A stretch of 63,556 nucleotides of DNA, filler included, from Thraustochytrium aureum (Eukaryota): assembly GCA_012862495.1 (NCBI GenBank). It is 8 parts of 3 records of this genome, joined end to end, with 100 filler letters (N's around TTAATTAATTAA, not from the genome) between each part and the next. Parts side by side here need not be neighbours in the genome. Positions count along the whole stretch, not along the records: positions 56,640 to 63,556 come from BLSG01000329.1; 7 more parts are not named here. The stretch is one strand, 5' to 3'. The notes beneath the pieces were generated by a model that did no database searches, was not told where the DNA came from, and worked only from the letters and a program-made list of their open reading frames with translations. Each line of letters starts with the position of its first letter. Position 1 is the first letter of the stretch. Below are positions 58,434 through 63,556 of the stretch, in pieces. A program made the position numbers and the translations under genes.

Positions 58434-59257
58434 GGCCAGGGCGCAACGCACAGGAAATCGCGCCAGGCAGGTTCTGGCGCTGCGGCTTGCGGCCAGTTCG
58501 AGCTCAGCTGCAACGGCATGGTCGCATTGGGCTCGTGCCTGGCCTCCCTCAACGGCTTTATCCGACTTGGAGCTGGAAGAAGAGTACTTCGTGTGTTGCT
58601 ATCCATCGACCGCTCTGGAGGTACGAGTTGGGTACTTGCATTGGCGACGCTCGTCTTGAACGAGCAGCGGCGTTTTGGACGCGCACATCGACATCTTGGC
58701 GCAGGATAGGGGCAAGCGCCGCGACGTCGACCATCGCGACCCCGTCTGAGCGCCGATTGAAAATCTATTCACAGCGGGAGGCCAGCGACAGAGGCAGGGT
58801 GGCAGGGCTGCCGTGCCTTAGTTCAGAGAGCCGAGCCGAAGAGGCAATGTGGGTACCTAAAGGATCTTTTAAAACTTGGACTATTTCGGTCCGCGGGTGA
58901 TGATCATCCACAAGAATGTCGCGGACGATTCGCGTCAACATCGCAAGGCCATTCATTGCTCGTCAGGCGCTTTGCCATCTTCATAATTTTTGCTCTCAGT
59001 CCGGTTCCCACGGGACTGGGATGAGGGCTCTATATCACGGGGCCTCCGCCTCACGCAGAGATGACTGACCGCCACTGGCTGCCTTGGAAGGCCGCAGCCG
59101 AATTCCCAACCCAGGATTTAAAAAGATCGCGGCCTTGTGCTCTAATTTAAAATAAAAATAAAAGCAGCTGTTCCCCATGCTGTCTCAGTCGCCCCGGGAA
59201 CCGCCTCCGCCAAGCTCTTGCTCGAGCTCGCCGCGTCTCCGCTTCCCATTGCGCTAG

Positions 59258-60309
59258 CTAGAGCCCATGCCGAAACTTGACTTCGCCGAGACAGAATCTG
59301 TCGTCGTCGGGCCGAAACTTGTCATTTTCAGGCCGAAATCGTCGTTGCTGCTTCCTGGGCGCGTTGGCTCTGCTACTGGGATTCCAAGCGGCACGCCCGT
59401 CTCCTTGCGCTCTGGGTTCCAGCCGTCCTTGATGTACAACACCAGTGGCCTCGCGCAATAGAAAAAGGGCCGAAAAGACGAGAATGAGAGCCGCCAAGCC
59501 ACCCTGAATCATCGCGACGAGGCAAATGCCCGCCACGAGTTGGATTGCGTCAGGCCAAGGTAGCAGCGCGGGCTCCACGCGCGCCGAATCGCTCGCCAGC
59601 GACAGAACTGCCGCCACTACGCACCCAAGTAGAGTGACGATGATGAAAGCTGGCGCGCCGATATTGATCAGCCGGCGCGCGGGCGTGTCGGGCGGGAGGC
59701 GGAGCACAAAGTGACACGTAAGAGCGACCAAGGGAGAGAGGCTGAGCACCACGTAGACAATAGCGGCCGCGGTCGCGGTGCCGTCATTGTTTCCTCCCAG
59801 AAGGCGAGCCGGGAAGCCGATCACGCCGGCGGGGCCCGAGTATGCAGCGAGCTCTGGCTCGTGATACATTCCTATCGCATTGCCAAACGCGATACCAGCA
59901 GGGATGCTGGGCGGCACAGAAGCAAAGAGTGCTAGCGAGAACGCCCTCTTCAATTCATAGCCGATCACCTTGCGGCGCTCGGCATCCGCTCGGGCAGCAG
60001 TAACAACGACAAGGCCTGCCAAGACAGCGAGGAGACCCAGGAAGACGAACGAGACTGGGAAAGGGCCCTCGTAGAAGCTTCTCGCTGGGCAATCTGCGCT
60101 CGTCACTGTGGCGCAGTCGAACTGCTCGAACACCGCGCCGCACTGCAGCGGTATTTGCGCAAGGCAAAGCCTTCTGTCACTGCTCGCGCCCCATGTTTCG
60201 CGCGCTAGCCAATAGACGCAGTCCTCCACTTTCCCCAGCGCCGCAGCACTGCACGACCTGTCTTGGGCCGCCGCCGACGGCACGCATTCGTCGCGGAAAC
60301 CCTTGCAGG
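59258..60309 (-). CDS. Multi-pass membrane protein with a Cys-rich N-terminal region; unknown function, 5' end in the gap
   Basis: About 5-6 hydrophobic helices (FVFLGLLAVLAGLVVV; AAAIVYVVLSLSPLVAL; FIIVTLLGCVVAAVL; GLAALILVFSALFL). Confidence 0.55.
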
Positions 60310-61581
60310 NNNNNNNNNNNNNNNNNNNNNNNNNNNNNNNNNNNNNNNNNNNNNNNNNNNNNNNNNNNNNNNNNNNNNNNNNNNNNNNNNNNNNNNNNNN
60401 NNNNNNNNNNNNNNNNNNNNNNNNNNNNNNNNNNNNNNNNNNNNNNNNNNNNNNNNNNNNNNNNNNNNNNNNNNNNNNNNNNNNNNNNNNNNNNNNNNNN
60501 NNNNNNNNNNNNNNNNNNNNNNNNNNNNNNNNNNNNNNNNNNNNNNNNNNNNNNNNNNNNNNNNNNNNNNNNNNNNNTATGGCTGGGAAGGCCTTGCTTG
60601 ACTCGAGTCAAAAGGTGTACAGTCCTCACTTGCTTCGTTTGTTGAGCAGCGAGCTGGAGCAAGTAGGACCCCTTTGCAACCTCCTTGCTCTTTGGCGCAT
60701 GCCAGCCAGCTGGAGGCGTTCGTGTGGTGAGCGCGGTGTGCGAGGCTGCATGTGTGCACGCGGCTGTGCATAGCTTCATCAGGATCTTCCGGGGTTTCGT
60801 GTACTTGCATCAGGTTTCAATTGAAATTGGTGCAATGGTGCGTCTGAGGCTGGTACGACGTCCCAGACAGCACAGACCACGTCACTCGAGTCGGCCAGTG
60901 ATGGGGAATACCGACTTGCTTTCTCATGCCGCCCACGCCGCCCACCGTGCACCGCTGCGGCAGGCCTCTCGCTACTTGGGGAAAACCGGCTTGCCGATGC
61001 TTTGTCATTCCGCCCACAGCCACGCCCGCCGTGGCACCTGCGCAGCCGAGCCGCGCGAGGCGCCCGCCGCCACCGCCCACCATGAACCGCGGTGTCTTCT
61101 GGTCGCGCCGTGCGAAGGTAGGTGAGTATGTAGGTCTCCGTTCCGATCCGAGCTACTCTACTCTCTCACCATGAATGCTGCGTCAACAACAACAGCTCGG
61201 CGCCAACCTGAGCAGCCCGCGGCAGCGCGATTCCTCCCGAGTAGGACGTGCGCCAGCTGCGACGGGCAGAGGTGCCCTGGGACGCGGCAGGACTGATCAG
61301 GCCGCGTGCTGGGGCGTCCATTCCAGCCTGGCATGCTCGAGCAGGATGTGGAGCACGAGTACTCTCGGCATGTCCCGGACACCGACAGACAGACAGACAG
61401 AGAGCCTGCCTGCTTGCATTCCGATCTTGCGAGGTTTGGTTGATCAATGCGGCCTCGCAGACTCGCATCAACGACGCCGCGAAAGCGCTCGAGGAGCAGG
61501 CCCCTGGCCGTGCGCAGTTAGCGGTCTCTTGCGCAAGTCCACGTATTGGCTTCGAGGCGCTCGGCGTGCTCGGTGCGCAGG

Positions 61582-62415
61582 ATGAAGGTCCAAGGGCGGG
61601 TTGCGGTCGTCACTGGGGCAGCCCAGGGCATAGGTCTCGAGCTCAGCGCACGGCTGTGCGCCGCGGGTGCCAAGGTGCTCATGGTGGATGTGTGCGAGGA
61701 AGCGCGCGGGGAGGGCCTCGCGAAAAAGGTCGACGCGGATGGACCTGGGCAAGCCAGGTTTTTCCGCGCTGACATGACCGATATGGACCAGGTGCGGCGC
61801 GCGCTGGAGGAGCCGAAACGCGCGTTTGGCCAGGCTGGCACGATCGTGTGCCTGAACGCTGGGATGGTCGTCAAGGACGACGACGCCACCAAGGTGGTCA
61901 AGATGATCGAGCTGAACACGACGTCGGTGATCGTCGGCAGCCAGATTGCGGCCGACCTCATCAAGGCGGACGGCCTGGACGGCGTGATCATCAACACCGC
62001 ATCGATGGCGGGCATTACGCCCGTGCCGAGCACGCCGGCATACGCAGGTTCCAAGTGGGCCGTCGTCGGATACACGCTGAGCTGCCGCGGCCTCGCCAAG
62101 TCGCACAACGTGCGTGTCAACTGCATCTGCCCTACTCTCGTGGACACTCCTGCGGTTGGCGGGTTCTTCAAAGAGGAGTTCTCCAAGGGCCCCAAGGTGC
62201 TTCGCGCAGTTGTTGACAATTTTTTGACGCCGGCCAATGTCGTGGACGCTTTCATGGCGGTCATCGCCGACGACAACCTCGTGGCGAGTGCGGTGGGAGT
62301 CATGCCGGAGAAGGTTTTCGTTCACGACCCCAGCTTTGCTCGCGTGATCGGCCAAGTGACGAGCCCCAAGGTCCCGGATTTCGTCAAGTCCACGAACGCA
62401 GCGAGCAAGCTGTGA
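61582..62415 (+). CDS. Classical short-chain dehydrogenase/reductase (15-PGDH-like)
   Basis: VAVVTGAAQGIG; CLNAG; INTASMAG; YAGSK; VRVNCICP. Confidence 0.93.
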   Translation: MKVQGRVAVVTGAAQGIGLELSARLCAAGAKVLMVDVCEEARGEGLAKKVDADGPGQARFFRADMTDMDQVRRALEEPKRAFGQAGTIVCLNAGMVVKDDDATKVVKMIELNTTSVIVGSQIAADLIKADGLDGVIINTASMAGITPVPSTPAYAGSKWAVVGYTLSCRGLAKSHNVRVNCICPTLVDTPAVGGFFKEEFSKGPKVLRAVVDNFLTPANVVDAFMAVIADDNLVASAVGVMPEKVFVHDPSFARVIGQVTSPKVPDFVKSTNAASKL

Positions 62416-62426
62416 CCGGGCTGCCG

Positions 62427-62752
62427 CTGATAGAAGCGCCGAGCTCCGTTTTTGCAATGAGCTAGAGCTAGCCAGTTTGTAGGTAGTTTGAAGGCGAAGA
62501 AAAAAATCAAGCGAGCTTGGGGACCAGGTCCAAGAGCTCGGGCGTAAAGTACGACACGAGCGCCGAAGCCCCCGCGCGCAGGAGCGAGACTGATAGAAGC
62601 GCCGAGCTCCGTTTTTGCAATGAGCTAGAGCTAGCCAGTTTGTAGGTAGTTTGATGGCGAAGAAAAAAATCAAGCGAGCTTGGGGATCAGGTCCAGGAGC
62701 TCGGGCGTAAAGTACGTCACGAGCACCGAAGCCCCCGCGCGCAGGAGCGAGA
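62427..62752. repeat. 163-bp tandem duplication of the ALAD 3' end (last ~27 codons, stop and 3' UTR)
   Basis: CTGATAGAAGCGCC...GCAGGAGCGAGA at 62427 and 62590; about 5 substitutions between the copies. Confidence 0.95.
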
Positions 62753-63556
62753 CATGCGACTCGCGCAGCACCGAGTCGAGGTCACCGGTGCGCTTAGCGT
62801 AGTCCTTGAGCATCACGTACTCGCCAGACACAACATAGCAAGCCACAGGCAAGTTGGACGTGGCCGCGTACTCCTTGATGATGTCCCCGTAGAACAGCGC
62901 CGGCTTGACAAGCACCACAGAGGCGCCCTCGGCCTCGTCGCGCGCGAGGGCCTGCCGCGCGTGCAGCACAGACCCGAGCGGCTGCTGGTACCTTTTGCGG
63001 TCGCCTTGGAAGGTCGACTCGACCGCCGCACGGAACGGGGCATACATGGACGAAGCCTTCTTGCTCGTGTACGCCATGATGGACACGTGTGGGAAGCCGG
63101 CGCCATCCAGGGCGGCACGAATCGCGCCGACCCGGCCGTCCATCATGTCACTCGGGCATACCATGTGGCAGCCGGCCTGGGCATAAGAGAGGCTCACGTC
63201 CGCCAAGCGCTTGACCGAGCTTTGGTTGCAGATGACGTCTTCCCCGTCGACCTGGCGCAGCACTCCGCAGTGGCCCTGCAAAGGCCCAAGGGCGGCGGCG
63301 TCAGCGCACCACACAGCGGAGCCGCACCGTTGCCCGATCCTTAACTTACGTGATCGGTGTACTCGCAAAGGCAGACGTCGCAGAGCACCATCATGTTGGG
63401 TACGCCGGCGCGAATGGCCTTGACGGCCTGGATCACCGGCGTGCTGGCCTCGTCGGCTAACGACCCGTGCGCGTCCTTCTCCTTGACAACGCCAAAGAGC
63501 ATCACCGACCGCAGGCCCTTTGCTCGAGCTCTTTCAGGTACGCGACGAGCGTGCCA
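62670..63556 (-). CDS. ALAD: Delta-aminolevulinate dehydratase / porphobilinogen synthase, Zn-binding type; 5' end outside the window
   Basis: Intron 63276-63349 joins DVCLCEYTDH/GHCG; PSDMMDGRVGAIR; both Schiff-base lysines (YTSKKAS, LVKP); YVVSGEY. Confidence 0.95.

Noticed and set aside
1..63556. A functional gene cluster or operon-like system, or an integrated viral/mobile element
   Set aside because: Neighbouring genes are functionally unrelated housekeeping loci. No transposase, RT, integrase, capsid, TIR/LTR or compositional island was seen in the non-gap sequence.

Overview
Eukaryotic, GC-rich, gene-dense nuclear DNA with short GT-AG introns (GTRAGT donors, CTRAC branch points) and (GGCA)n/(CAG)n microsatellites. 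The gene set (lebercilin-like ciliary protein, Zn-type porphobilinogen synthase, vWA/PTS-repeat secreted protein, opine dehydrogenase) suggests a flagellated heterotrophic protist, most plausibly a thraustochytrid/labyrinthulomycete; this is inference, not verified. The assembly is a low-quality draft: many N gaps, artificial N-TTAATTAATTAA-N contig linkers, and single-base indels that split even essential genes. About 30 protein genes or fragments are recognisable, including RPL7, PRMT5, DDX21-like helicase, LSm3, BET3, a kinesin, cystinosin, PDE, GT43, Mpv17, SET, SDR and ALAD, plus one tRNA-Ser(UGA). No mobile element, CRISPR array or clear multi-gene functional cluster was found. The most notable observations are: a RING-CH E3 ligase fused to a bacterial-type DUF179/AlgH domain; an IQ-motif RBR ligase; a VPS4-like MIT-AAA protein with degenerate Walker motifs; an opine dehydrogenase; a PqiA-domain protein; tandem duplications spanning gene stop codons; CTAG-rich palindromic tracts after stop codons; and a clustered cis-element array upstream of RPL7.
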